Of a stretch of DNA of 64,000 nt, positions 23,720-37,034 are shown piece by piece. A program made the position numbers and the translations under genes. Position 1 is the stretch's first letter. The number at the start of each line of letters is the position of its first letter. Location: positions 16,492,001-16,556,000 of the forward strand of contig CM119379.1 of NCBI GenBank assembly GCA_051294905.1, read 5' to 3'. Source of the DNA: Botryllus schlosseri. Lineage: Eukaryota. The notes under the pieces were generated by a model. It saw only the letters and a list, made by a program, of their open reading frames with translations. It searched no databases and was not told where the DNA came from.

Positions 23720-26700
23720 CTAAGACTTCGCCAAATATTCCTGCCATTCATCGTTTGCTGGCGGAGAAGGCTCGACCCAACCAGTCGGAATCCTGCATCC
23801 TGCTTGACTGATGAAGCAGTCCCATTGCGCCCTGAATTACAAGCCAATTGCATCCAAGTTTGAGAGTTTGAGCTATAACATTTAATTAGGTCTTCACCAT
23901 GAAATGATGGATATGAAGTGTAGCATATAAAGTAAAACCCGACCACCATCCCCGGGTAAACGGATAGGGTTGTAGCAGGAAGGGCGTGTGACATAGAATT
24001 TCAGCCATATCACTGAGCACTGTAACATTGTAACAATCCCGCATTCGAAAGAAGCCGAAAGATCCCCCTCCCTCTCTCTAATCTTGACATCAGTAAGGAC
24101 TGGATTTTGTTTCGGTTGACAGAAATTCAGTAAATCAATTCGGTCTGGATTAATCAGTTGTTCTATTATATTACTGTTGCCAGTGATTTGTCTGTTATGG
24201 GGAGGAATGTCTTCTACTATACGTTGATAGCGTAATACTTCCGGTCAGAAATTGAAACACGGCATTCTTACCTCATGCCAATCAAGCTCACAATATTTTT
24301 CATTCCTTGCTGTTGAATCTCTCTTGCCGGCCACAGTGTGTCCGACGGCTCCAGCTCAGCTGGAAAAAAAGAGATCGCACTGAACCGTCATTATCTATGT
24401 CTCTCAGAAGGTTTTGTTCTTCACAAACTGATTAAACAGTCGGCAAGACGTGCTTAACGCTTGGACATAGACCCGACGCGTTGATCAGTACAGCCAGAAG
24501 TGGACAATGTGGTTGGCGTTGCTACTCAATGACAAGTAGAAGTAGCAATTTCCGAGAGATGTGAAAGTTTCTTCAAGTGGAAGTAGATAATAGAAGGTCT
24601 GGCAAGCACTCAAGTAGTTTCATAAAGTAGATTTAGACGAGGGGTCACATACTTCAAGCAGGTAGTCGGAGGTGGCTAATTTTGAAATCGTAAGATATAT
24701 CTTCGCAAGTCACACAAAATAACACTTGAAATAGATAGAATCGTTGAAAATATATAATCGCGTAATCAGTTAACGTGTTTCACCCAGTTACAATGTCACT
24801 CATATAAGTGGTGTAAACATATCCCAAAACTATTCCTAACTTTTTGAATGCCGAATGGTAAAAAGTAAGCAGTTTTGTCTAAAACCTGCTCAAGCAGAAG
24901 TGGAAACAGTTTAAAAACATAACACTCGAGTACTAAGTAGTGTAAGCAGGTAAAACCCACTTGTGTACTCCGAAAAGTTATAAGTACTTCATTATTGACC
25001 CCCTGTGTGTAGCAATTTTACTTTTACAGCTCATTATTCAAGTGATATAAGCATAATACCAGCCAGTGACGCCAGTGGAGGAGTTAACAACTTGAAACAC
25101 TATACTTCTAGCTCTGAGTCGTTATCTGCCACACTGATCTTTGACCACATACAAGACAGTGTAACGGTGAAGCATCCGGCTTCCTAATCGGCAGGTTGTG
25201 GGTTCGATTCCCGGCCGGGTCAGACCAAAGACCTGACCAGTAAACCTGTTATCTGTTGCTTCCTCGCATAGCGCTCAGCATTTCCGGGATAGCATGGAGG
25301 GGTGGGTGTACGAATTAGAAAGCCTTACAAGGTTATATCTGCACCTTCCTTGTCCAGCGTCATATGCATATCCTGCACTCATGGTATGCATATGTACAGA
25401 TAGTGCGTACGTATATCATTAGTCGTTGTATAGTATATGCCGCAAAAACAAAACATATAACGCCCAATATTCCCGCAACAATACACAAACACACCTTCAT
25501 TGCCGAACAGTACACACGATCTCTCATTCTTCCATTCGCGAATCTTTTGTTCCTTGCACTTTCTCGATCGATCACGGATTTTTTTCTCTTCCGCCCGATG
25601 TTCCTCGGTTCGATATTTCCTCATGAAACTCTCCTCACGTTTACAAGTCGAAATAAATTCCCTAAGCTTGTCGCTCGAAGCCTTGCGAGCCGACTTGAAA
25701 ACGTCGTCGTGGGCTTCGGAAGGCGGCGACCGTCCCTTTCTGATGACCGCGACGTGTCGAGCTTTGCGTAGTTTCGCAACGGCTTCAAACAGATCGAGGT
25801 ATTTTTTGGCTTTATGCTGCTTCTGCCGAATGTCCGACAGGTATTCGTCGAGGTCTTTTTGAACTTTTTTCTCCTAGGTGGTAGGGAAACATGTTAGAGT
25901 GTCACGGAATGAAACGTGTTTCATAATCGAAAATTTACGGAGACACTTTCTCCACGTCATATCTGTCTACACAGAGCTAGTCAAAGTAGTTGGCTACTCG
26001 ATACAAGTGAAGCCGTAATTTCTAATCACTTACACGTAGAAGTCACAATTTCAAGAATATGTGAAGATCGACAAATGACATGACAACTATGACAACCATG
26101 ATACAGAGATCTTTCACCCAGTTCTCATGTCAATTTCGCTGAAAAAATTCATGCAAGCACACCCAAAAGTGGTTTTGCCTAATAATTGCCAAATAGAGAT
26201 GGCAGTAGCCTAACACATAACCATATGAGTAAGTAGTACAAGCAGATCAAACCTATTCGATTACCGTACACAGAAAAAGAAGAAGTACTGCATTATTTTA
26301 CACACTGCATCTACATAGTATTCAAAATTGCATTGCAGATATATAAAAAATCACATATCATTTCAGTAATTCGTGGACTTGGAGGGGATGAAATTCATGC
26401 TAACAACGAGTCAAATTGAATTGACCATGAAAACGCCCCCCCCCCCCCAATGTATAATTACAGGAATTTCCAGCTGATACCGATATATATCGAAACCTCA
26501 ATAATGCTAGATTAATCCGTCCAAATTAGTTCATACCCTTTTCGAGTCCTCTTCCACCTTTCTCCGTTCTTCCAGCCATTTATCAATCCGTGAGTGCTCC
26601 TCTCTGATCTTGATGTTGCGTTCCATTATTTTATTTAATGCTTCTTGCTTTTTTGCTTTCACCCTAATTCGTTTTTTTCTCCTCTTCTCCAACTTAGCAG

Positions 26701-28016
26701 CGAGCTGTGTGGTATAAGTTTCATCGCTAAACACGGCGAGAATACTGTCCAGTTCTTTCTGAATAGACAGGAAGGGGTAATGATTATGTCAGGGATGCTG
26801 CCGATGATCAGATATGGATATGGTTTTGAATCTGCCCGATTGCTTGCAGTTACAACTGAAGATCTTTCTATTCGGTCCGCTGAGGGCGGAATATGGGATG
26901 TTTGATAATCAGTAGACCACAGAACTGAGATAACGGTCAATGTTTAATGCAGTAGTGGACAAAGTAGACTACCTTGATGTTTGAAATTGAAAGTTCATCC
27001 AATGCTGCTTCGCCGCAAGTGTGATCTTCCAATTGCTTCAGCAATCGGTAAGCTTTAGTGTGCTTATGTTTGGCTTCCGATATCTAAAAACAAATGATTC
27101 GTCGAAACAATAGAGGCGCAACCAAATGGAAGCAACTGATGTCGATTCTTTGCAGTGCTCCTAACCCATAATATTTCATCAGAGAAAACAGTTTCACGAC
27201 ACCTGTTGAGGGTTTAAACATGCCATGAGAAGATCTATCGATAACCATAAGCATCAAGCAATTCTGATGATCAGGAAGGAAAAAGTGTAATCTATCGGTA
27301 TAGTAATTTTCTTTCAAATCACACGATAGAAATGCAGCATAGATACTTCCTAAATCCCATCATATTTTTAGATCTTGACTGACCGCGATAATTTGAGAAA
27401 CCTTAGTATCTCAACCAATACATTTGTCTACCGGTCAATAACAATATTATGCTGTTTTCTACCAAATGGGACAAGTTACAAATAACGAGAACAAACTTTA
27501 CCGCTGTATCTTTAAACATGAAAAGCTACAATATCATTGCGCATAGTGAGAAAAAAAATTTAATAATCACCAAGGATTCTTTAGCCTGACCATTAACTGG
27601 GAAATTTTGCTAAATATACACTTGGGTTAACCGATGAATTTGCAAATAACCAACAATGGAATGGATATCTTCATTACCTTGTCTGTATTCTTTCCAGCTT
27701 CAAGCCTCGACGAACGGCATCGCTGAAGAAAGCTGTCAAGCCATTCTCGGTCAAGCTCAGCCTGAGATTTCACTTGCTGCCCACAACTGTTTTCGGGTTT
27801 ACGCTGAAGCGGAACCCGAGATCTTTCGAGATGTAATGGAGACGGTACAGATTGCATCATCCCTCGCACACCAGGATTACTCCAAGGTGGTGGCATATGT
27901 GGTGGAGCAGGTGGCCAACCGGTGGGAATGTTAGGGTTCATGTTGGGCATGATTGGAAAAAATGGAGGAGGCGGGTACCTCATTTGAGGTGGTGTTGACG
28001 AATTATTGCCAAACAT
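23720..28016 (-). CDS. PDCD7: Programmed cell death protein 7 (U11/U12 snRNP 59K), six exons
   Basis: Exons 28016-27678, 27083-26973, 26758-26537, 25873-25495, 24359-24272 and 23831-23720 splice in phase with GT-AG. Pro-rich N-terminus and coiled coil; the C-terminus GMRAQWDCFISQAGCRIPTGWVEPSPPANDEWQ matches the PDCD7 motif QIRHDWDQYL..VPQGWVLPPLPSNDIW. Confidence 0.9.
25153..25460 (+). mobile_element. tRNA-derived SINE in PDCD7 intron 4
   Basis: Head with B box GGTTCGATTCC, core gcttcctcgcatagcgctcagcatttccgggatagcatggagg, and 3' part homologous to the copies at about 43713 and 46420-46750. Confidence 0.85.
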
Positions 28017-28374
28017 AACTCAGCATTACCTTTAAATAGGGATCTGCGCAATAAAACACTGGGTTTAGTATATTTGCAAGTAAGCCACCGTAAATGATTG
28101 TCTGTAATAGGATTAAAGTTAGTCGGAAAAAGATTGCAAAATGCAGGCAGGTAACTGATGAAATATTCATGCAAAAAAGTTTAACAACAATCAGCCGTAA
28201 CCAGGATTGTGATTTGGATGAAGCAAAATATTTTCGCCAACAACTGACTTGCATATAGTCATATGTAGCCAACCATAATGACACAATATTTGATGGTAGC
28301 AAGATCCATTCCCGTCTCACTCAGGTTATGCTACATGTCGTTACGAGCGCTTGCACAATCACATGTCGTACCAT

Positions 28375-31300
28375 TCACTTTGACAGGAACATGTCCAACG
28401 TGGTGCGCTGCGTGCATTTTTTACGGGACGGGCCAGACAGTTTTTGAGGGTATTTTCTCTTTTTTGCGCGTGGATTTGTTTCTGACTCATATAATTCAGA
28501 CTCGCACCGCACAAGATCGATAACTGCTTTGCGATTAAGACACGAGTCTAAGTGATTGTTGAATTTGGAAAGGGTTATATCTTCGGCACAGAACGTGGCA
28601 TTGCACACCGGACAAGTCATCGGCGTGGCAGAGGTATTTCCCGAACTGCTGCTACTCGATATTCCGAAATTACATGTTTTTGATGGGGAGACCAAACTAG
28701 AAGGATTCACTTCTTCAATACTTGGATTTGAATTGTCAGAAATAGCCGATTCCAATTCAACCCTCTCTATGGCTAGATTCTCATCAAAACACGATGATAC
28801 ACCATTTGTAGAGTCGTCATTGTCTGAAGTATGGCAATCTGTCCGAATAGTAGTCAGCTGCTCACTCGGTAAAATTTCAGTATCTGGTAGTAACTGCGTA
28901 CAGTCATTAAAAATATCTGATTCCTCATTGTCACTGATATCAATATTGCAGTTTTCACTTGAAATCGGCGCAACCGAAGGATCTGGTTTATCGCCATTAG
29001 AAAGCGAATCATTGTTTTCGTCATTCGAGCTTCCTGCCCTGCAGATTTCGGGAGAGTTAGTCGCCACCTTCTGACTTGATTTCTGCAAGAAGTAATCCAA
29101 GGATTTTTGCTTTCTTCCAGCACGACTCCCTTTTGTAAGCTTCGATAATCCAACTCCTGAAGTAGAACAATAGTATTTCTTGGTTGTTCCATAGTAGCTG
29201 GGCTAAATTCCAAGAGGGCAAAATAAGTGCTAGGATCTATCTATGGGATGCAATATTTTGATGTTTGAGGTATCATGAAAAGGTATGGTGGATAAAACTA
29301 AGTATCGACTAATTCAATTCCAAGTATGTGCCCCTCATGAATCTCATCATGCATGGTAAAAAAGAATAAATTTAAATCCATAAAATTTTTGGTGGCTTCA
29401 AAGTAAAATTAGGGTTGATTAATGCGAAGTAGATGTGTTACTTTCTGCCTTTTTGCCAGAAACATCAGATCTGTTAACACAGGTCATTTTGTCGAACACA
29501 TTCAAGTCAGAGATTCGGGAACATAAAGTTTATACCTTGATTAGCTACATTTAAAAAGTAACAATATTTTAAATTTAGCTGGCTTTCATTACCTATCAAT
29601 CGCAACGACAAAGCCTTCTTTTTCAATGCCAATTCTTGTCGAAGGAGATCAGCTATGACAGGAAAGACTTCGGACTTTGATGATACCGGATGCAGCAAGG
29701 TTTTTGACCGTGTATGAAGCTGAAACAATATTGTGAAATTACAATTGTAAAAGCCATGAATTTTTGAATTGGAAGCCAACGGGTCTGTGGATCCTACTTC
29801 GAAACAAAAAGTCCAGTATGACAATTTAATTGGAGATGTGTATTGTACATAATTCCATTTTCCGCCTCCTGAGTAACAGTACTAGTCTACCAGTAATACT
29901 GGTAGGCGGTAGATAAACAGATTGAACAGTCAAATGATAGTCACGGGGTAGCTCAGTGGTTACACATCTGATGTTACTTGTTGGGCTCGATTCCCGCTGA
30001 CCCGTTTTCAAAGGACCCAGTTGCTGGCGAGCAAAACCAGTGCCAGTCCTAACATCTCGGATAAATAACTAAGGTTGCGGCAGGTGGGGACATCTGGCTT
30101 AAAAATTCAGCCATATCATTGCGTGGATCACTCAGAACTTATTCGCTGTGGCAGCTTCACACTCGGGAGAAGCCAAAAGACTCTTTCCCTCATACAAATA
30201 GATTGGTCAGTGACTAACCTCAAAAGTAGCAAGTTTTATTTTCAAAGTGACGGTGTGTCCTTGCACTGCAGCATTTTTGGCGTCAACTTCCAGACCATCG
30301 CACAGCTCTTCGCATTTCTTATACATCACCTCTGGCTTTGAGATATTGTGAAAGGTCCTATCAAGTCATGAATATTAATTAATTCATTCAGATGGGCATA
30401 GCATGTATAAAACCATCTACGTCAAATATTTAGCTGTACTTTGATGGGCAAGAGTGATCTCTACAATTATGAATATGACAATAAGCCAACATTAGTCACA
30501 AATTTATTTTTAAGATGGCTTTCCCAGTAGATATAGCCTCAAGTCAATGCGACCGCAGCTAAAAATAACAATTTCAACCTTCCCACAAATTATATTAGTC
30601 AGATTAGACACAAATCAGTCGGCGACTAGTGCAATCAATGTTTGAGAGAACCGCTAAATCCGATAATACATCAGAACTGAATGGTAAGAAATGATCAATG
30701 GCGAAAAATTAAATCATTGAAACACCTTTCAATGCTGATGCTCTTTCGTTCGGAGTCATTGACCAGTACCGTTGATCCGATTCCGATAGATATACGAAGA
30801 AAATGATTGCTCATCGTGGAAGAGAATAACGAAAAAAGAAGAGAACGCTTTTCGTACAGATCGCTGCAAGTCTTCACACCCAGAGCGTTCAGCAGTTTTT
30901 CAGTAACTTTACCAACACCTGTAACCTACACGGACCTTTAAGTTAGTGAATGGCACTTTTCAACAAAAAGAATACCTTGCGTATCGACAGTCCTTTAACG
31001 AAGCTCAAAACGCTTTCACGGGAAGGTTCCAGAATAAATTGACCATTCGGCTTATTCATGTCGCTGGCGACTTTTGCTAGAAGCGCATTCGGGGCTATAC
31101 CGGCACTTGCAGTTAGCCTGGTTTTCTGTATGTTTGAAAAATACAGTTTTGAAATCATATCTTATAAATGCAGCAAAGTGGTTCGTAATAAAGTACTTCT
31201 TCGCATTCAAGTTAGTGACGCAATACGTCGTACCTCATACAATTCGGCTCTTGTGAAGTAGAAGTAAAGGATTTCGGATTGATTTGCATAGTTTTGTGAG

Positions 31301-33508
31301 TGAAATTATGATTATAGCTGGCAAAATGGCATGTATTATGGTAAACGTATGAATTTTTGAAAATTCCCTTATTCGTAGTGTCATCAGTTTTTTTGTGTTG
31401 TCGAGACGATTAATCTTGCAACTATGAAAGTAGTCCACCTTCAGTTCACTACCAAAAGTATGAGGCGTCTTGACCAAATCTACTTTTGAATACGACGTTA
31501 TTGTGCACTTCCAGAACTTAATAATTTTTACTGCTACTTGATGGAGTTTTGGCATATCTAACTCCTAATGCATTAAATTGGGTAGGTTGAAAAGGACTAT
31601 TATAGTTGTAAAAGATAATTTCAGATATTAGGAAATGCGCTTTTACAATATCACACAATTTGCCCAGGTGATCTTGAAACATTTTATGCCGCGATCCAGT
31701 AGCCATCAAAGACTAGCGAGTGCAGCAACTTCACAAAAAATATCAGAGCGATGGAAAATTGCGACGAAATCAAGGTTGAATCTTTCAAAGCGAAGACAAT
31801 ATATCATGGTTGGAATTGGTTGTAAATCAAAGTGCAGTATATGGCCTGCAACATGAATAGGAGAAAACTTGACAAAATGACTCTCGGCCACTTACCAATT
31901 CGATCCGAAATCTCATCTCCTGTACTACATCTTCCGCAGATACACCAAAGACAACGCAGTGGTCCGAATCCGTGCCATCTTTTGAAATATTGTCACAGGT
32001 GAATGTCCGTACCTCCTGCGTGGAAACGCTTTGTAAGAAGCACTTTTAAAGTGGGTTGGACGTTACAATAGCAGACATCTACTGCAACAGTTTTCAAAGT
32101 CAAACTGAAAATTACTCTCGATATTTCAAGTGAGTCTTGGACATAACGACCTTACTATTTTTTACCTTACTATTTTTATTACTATTTCCAGCTACCCATT
32201 CATATGCTGTTCCGACAATTCAGTCGTTCCTTATACACAACCATTTCGAGCCATCCTTTCGAAGTGATTTCTTACATGAAGTCTTTGACTGGACTAACTT
32301 ATCAAACGGGTAATAGGGAAATTTAGTCACCTCTGACATGACCTTTCTCGTTTCCAAGTACTTTGTGATATCGAGATACGCCTCGTCCAAGCCCATTGGA
32401 CAGAAATTTGGGTCGTAATCTTTGAGAACCTCTCTGACATTCTTGCTCACCTGAAGTAGCCAAGTTAATTTGTATGACAATTACGGATGGCAATAATTGC
32501 TTACTTCTCTGTACTTGGAAAAGTTGAGCGGCACAAGGACAAGCTCTGGGCAGAGTTTCTTTCCAATGAATCCTGGCATTGCCGCCCTGACCCCGTACTT
32601 TCTTGCGGCATAATTGGATGTGGACTAGAAATGGGAACCGAACGTTGGTTATTCTCGATAGCATAGTGCAATTTGATTCAACCAAAACATGGTGAACAAA
32701 TTGGAAGAAGATTATACAAAATCCCGGTTATGCTACAAAATCGGCCATCATGAGTTGTATCATTGTTGATAAGTTGACATTCACGTCATAAAGCATCATT
32801 AACTATATTGCTAATATCGGAATTTAATTGATCCTATAAATAAGATACACCAGTCGCCTGCGTAGACCTGACGAAATATTGCAACCACTCACGAGCATGT
32901 CCATTCCACCGACGGCCATTGGTTTATTTTTCAACTCTGGCTTGTCCCGTTCCTCGACCGATGCGTAAAACGCATCCATATCGACATGCACAATCGTTCT
33001 TGAAAGGTCGCGTGATTTCTCCAATTCTTCAATGATCACGTTTGTCTTGGAAGAAATCTTTTACTTTACAACTCAAACCAACAATTCGGCATAAACAGGG
33101 AATAGGAATGGTGAGAAAGTTTGTGTTTATTATACAGTTAAAAATACTATAAAATTTGAATATACCTGACCATACGCGGCATCCATCTGTTCCGGCGTTA
33201 TTTGGCTCATTTGCTCAAGAAGTTTTTTGATTCTTTCGTTCACCATTGCGTCTTTCTTTCTTTCGTTTTCGTAGAATTTGGATCCAACAGAATTGTCATG
33301 AATTATTCTAGAAATATACAGAACTGCAACCCCATTCGTTTACACAGCAGCAAGATCATGTACTGTACTTGTTTATCTTTGCTTTGTCTAGTCCTTGCAT
33401 TCCAGCTTTGTTATCATTCAAGGACATACGAGACAGGATTTGCGGTTGTTCCATAGTTTCGTAGGACGACTCATTTTCCGCATCTGGAGAACTACACTCA
33501 TCCTCCAT
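28375..33508 (-). CDS. POLK: DNA polymerase kappa (DinB / Y-family), about 734 aa, 11 exons
   Basis: Exons 33508-33369, 33307-33166, 33057-32893, 32624-32505, 32450-32331, 32015-31896, 31125-30976, 30925-30726, 30357-30219, 29719-29593 and 29156-28375, all in phase. Motifs: [51 protein letters not shown], a UBZ4 finger CPVC..HLDSC, and a C-terminal PIP box QRTTLDMFL. Confidence 0.96.
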
Positions 33509-33734
33509 GTTGTTTTATAATATTTATCTTATAAAACATTATGCAAAACCAATAAAAATTTGCCAACACTCAACTCGCACAATAACAAAATAGGTGTGCA
33601 ATAAGTTGCCTATATAGTGGTCACACGTTAACATTAAATTCACCTATTACTTTTGCATGCAGCCTAATACTTCAAATAGGCATGGCACAGCATCCACTGG
33701 CTCAATCTACTAGACTCAAATATTCAACCAACGG

Positions 33735-34793
33735 TCAAGAATTGAAATCAAACGGTATACTTTGCATATATTCAAAATCGGTGAGCGAAATATCGATGAG
33801 AGACGCGGCTCGATCTAACACAACATCCCGGCCCAATTTCTTGGCCAGTCGAATGGCCGGAGTCTCATCGCAATCATCCGGATTGAGCAAGCACTTCAAC
33901 AACAGTCTGTCTTCTTCATCCGATACCGCTTTGAATCCTTGGGGAAAAGCACCATGCATTATGTAGTGCCTGGCTACGTCTTCCTTACCATTACACTTGA
34001 ACAAAATCTTGAGTATCACTTTAGTGTCCAAGGTCTTCTCCCTCTTCACTGCTTTTACAAACTCGCCGATTAGAGAACGGTATTCCTTTGGAGACAACCC
34101 AGGGGATAGCGTGTTTCTTCGGGATTCTATTTCCGCCAGAAAACTGCCCGCCATAGTTTCACTATTAACGCTGGTCACATCTTCCGAATCTTGATCATCT
34201 TCGGAACTTGGGAGCTTGAGATGACTCCGCTTTTTTTCGACGGGGGGCGTCGGCAACGGACCAATCGTTCGAATATCGAGATTATAATTTGACTCGTTCC
34301 CTCTCAACTGCTTCAGGTATCGATCCCTCATCGACTGCCAAGACCTACCTTGCAACTGAAGCATGTTCAGTGATTCAAGCTTTTTCCAAAACGAATTCCC
34401 CGCCACATTTGTGGTCTTCTTTGCGGTATCACGAACATACAGTAGGATATGGGTGTCTTCAGTTCGTGAATACGATGATCGGCCCTCTGTATCCGACAAG
34501 CTAATATCTATACACGTGTTACTGGAGTACGCATCACGAGACAGCAACTGACCCCCTCTCACACAATCTTTAATGTAACTAACCCGCAACGCGTTCTTGC
34601 CGGTAACAGGCTCTCCGTCAGGAATTAGGGTGATGGCATTTTCTCGATAATGAGCCGGAACGTGAAGCACGGAAGAGAAGCAGAAACCGCCGTACCTTTC
34701 GATGAGCTGCCTGACTTTTTTCTTAATCGGACACGGCCGTAAACAGAATATCATTGGGGTTTTATCGCCATTCTGAAATATCGGAATGTCCAT
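33735..34793 (-). CDS. TERF2IP: Telomeric repeat-binding factor 2-interacting protein (RAP1), intronless, 352 aa
   Basis: BRCT-like N-terminus (IFCLRPCPIKKKVRQLIERYGG), Myb domain (YSRTEDTHILLYV..GNSFWKKL..RSWQSMRDRYLKQL) and RCT-like C-terminus. The ORF-track start at 34838 is TTG; the first in-frame ATG after the acceptor at 34822-34824 is 34793. Confidence 0.9.
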   Translation of the reverse strand: MDIPIFQNGDKTPMIFCLRPCPIKKKVRQLIERYGGFCFSSVLHVPAHYRENAITLIPDGEPVTGKNALRVSYIKDCVRGGQLLSRDAYSSNTCIDISLSDTEGRSSYSRTEDTHILLYVRDTAKKTTNVAGNSFWKKLESLNMLQLQGRSWQSMRDRYLKQLRGNESNYNLDIRTIGPLPTPPVEKKRSHLKLPSSEDDQDSEDVTSVNSETMAGSFLAEIESRRNTLSPGLSPKEYRSLIGEFVKAVKREKTLDTKVILKILFKCNGKEDVARHYIMHGAFPQGFKAVSDEEDRLLLKCLLNPDDCDETPAIRLAKKLGRDVVLDRAASLIDISLTDFEYMQSIPFDFNS

Positions 34794-35477
34794 GACAATC
34801 CATGTACCAAATAAAACCAAACTGGAAATGGGAGACAAGTATATTTGAGCATTGCGTGGAAATTAAAGAAGTATCTGGCTCGATGCGTGGTAGTAAAAAG
34901 AAGAAAATATCTAAATACGGATTGACTTGATTAAGAAAACACACAAGCACATAAACACAAAAAAGCGGATATCGTTTTTTGATGCAAGGCACTTCACACG
35001 AGGCAATGTAGAGCGCACGGCATAGGCCTATATAGACACTGTGTAAATGAAAACCGCATTAGGAGTTCAAAGAAAAGATATGCAATAATAAATCAAGATC
35101 ACCGATGTAGAATCTGTAATAATTCCGTCGTTGATGGTGAAAAGTGCTGCATTATTCCGGAAGAAAAGAACTCCTTACTGCAATAGATGGCCACATAGAT
35201 GACTTGGTAGGCTTGCATGATGAAATCAACTAGTACTGCACATACACATTTACAGAGTCAATTAGAGCGGAACAGTCACATATGCTACAGAATATAGGTG
35301 CAGATTCAAAACCGTTGTTGATCTCTAACAATGCAATGGTCTTTTCCATACCATACTCGTATTTCTCTGACAGGAGATAAAAGACACAACAATACCAATA
35401 TGTGATAACATCCCATGGCACACTAAAAATCTCTGGGTATTGAAGTATTCTACTTCACTTTGGTGAAACTTCTAAGC

Positions 35478-36206
35478 CAGTGGTTCTTAACCAGGGGTCC
35501 GCGAAGCATTTTCAGGGGGTCCGTGAAACCTCTAAATTCGAAAAATGATTGATTACCTAATTTGTACCTTTTTTAAATTAGGGAAGCACGAGACAGTTTC
35601 GCTTCATAATTGCTAAAACTTCAGGACTCGTATCATTAGAATAGGCTTTTGAGATGAAATATCCTACCGTGCAAACGCATTTAACTGACAAATTGCCAAT
35701 AGCCTACTGAAATTCCTTAACTTTTTTCCTAATCTAACTACTACTCCATAAAAACTTCAAGATGAGATGCGAGATAGAAATGACTAGGCTGGACGTTACA
35801 TGTTCATTAAATACTCTCTGTTTCTCACTTTTGGTTCCATATATATGTTGAAATCACAGCCAAAGGTGTCATCGGAAGCGTTGCGTGTTAATATTACATT
35901 CGTCAGCCCCTATCTTTGTGGGAATATTCCCGGCACTCTTCCATATCAATCCAAAGACGGGGATTTTCAAGACAGTATATACAGCTGCAAAATTCGCTTC
36001 AAAATAATAAAATTCTACCCAATTTCCACATATGCTATGATGTCATCTTGTTGCTGGTTTGAACAAGCCTACAGTTAATATTTGCACGAGAGAGGTGACG
36101 GTTGCACGATGATTGGGCTAATTTTGAACGAAAACTTGAAGGTGTCCATGGGGGTCTGTGAAGGTCCAAAAGGGGGCCGCAAAGACAAAAAGGTTGAGAA
36201 TCACTG
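35478..36206. mobile_element. hAT (Charlie/Buster-type) MITE, 729 bp
   Basis: TIRs CAGTGGTTCTTAACC / GGTTGAGAATCACTG and a perfect 8-bp TSD TTCTAAGC (35470-35477, 36207-36214). Confidence 0.92.
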
Positions 36207-36459
36207 TTCTAAGCTCTATAACTAATTGACTAAAGTTACTTTGACCAGCTCGGAATATCCAGGATCAACGGCCTCTGTAGAAAGTGCACGGAACAGGCAA
36301 TCAACAAGATGTCATCATCGGTTATGGTCAATTATATCACCCAATGCAATCCCAAAATAGGTAGTCGACATTCGATCGTAAGTGAAAAATGCGACGGTCC
36401 ACCACAATAGAACTTGCGGGTCACTTGGAATTAGGATATCTATCAGGCAAAATTAGAAC

Positions 36460-36888
36460 CAGGGCTGTGCAATCGGAGTCGTATGCGTTTCACACCGTTT
36501 GGAGTCGAAGTGGGGGAGATACATACTGGCCAGAGTCGGTGTTTGTTAAATTACTCCTACTCGCAAGCTCACCCCGCTCACCCCACTCACCAAATGTTCT
36601 CAAATGTTACTAAAAAGTATTGTCGCAGTCACAGAAGATGTTACGTTTCTCAATTCCCAAACGTAATTTGTTTCTCAGAGCACAACATTTTGATTCATTT
36701 GGTAATATTTTACACATCTAATTTTCTACGCAGATTCACAGGAATGTTGGAATTGGAGATTTGTGAAACGAACATTAGGAGTCGGTGCATTTGAAGTTTC
36801 GGGAGTCAAAGTTATAGTTGGCACATATTGAAAATGTGACGAGTATCAGTTGGAGTCGGTGGTAAAGTGAACCGACGCCACAGCCCTG
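36460..36888. mobile_element. hAT-like MITE with GGAGTCGG subterminal repeats
   Basis: TIRs CAGGGCTGTG / CACAGCCCTG and repeated ggagtcg motifs. The flanks attagaac / gttcaaac match at only 5/8. Confidence 0.7.
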
Positions 36889-37034
36889 GTTCAAACACAG
36901 CCTACGACAACAAAATATTTACGCCCAAGGAAGCTACAGCGAGACGACAATAACGAGGAAACGAAAAAATCTATACAAAATAAACTCTGTCGATTTGCGG
37001 CGTAGTAAAATATCGAATAAAAAAACGCAAAAAT

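Noticed and set aside
29130-29620. POLK little-finger motif reads LRLIGVGLS rather than LRLMGVRIS
   Set aside because: G or other residues at this position are common among DinB-family enzymes; not evidence of inactivation.
31896-32624. Three consecutive POLK exons of exactly 120 nt
   Set aside because: No sequence similarity among them; 120 nt is a typical exon size, so probably coincidence.
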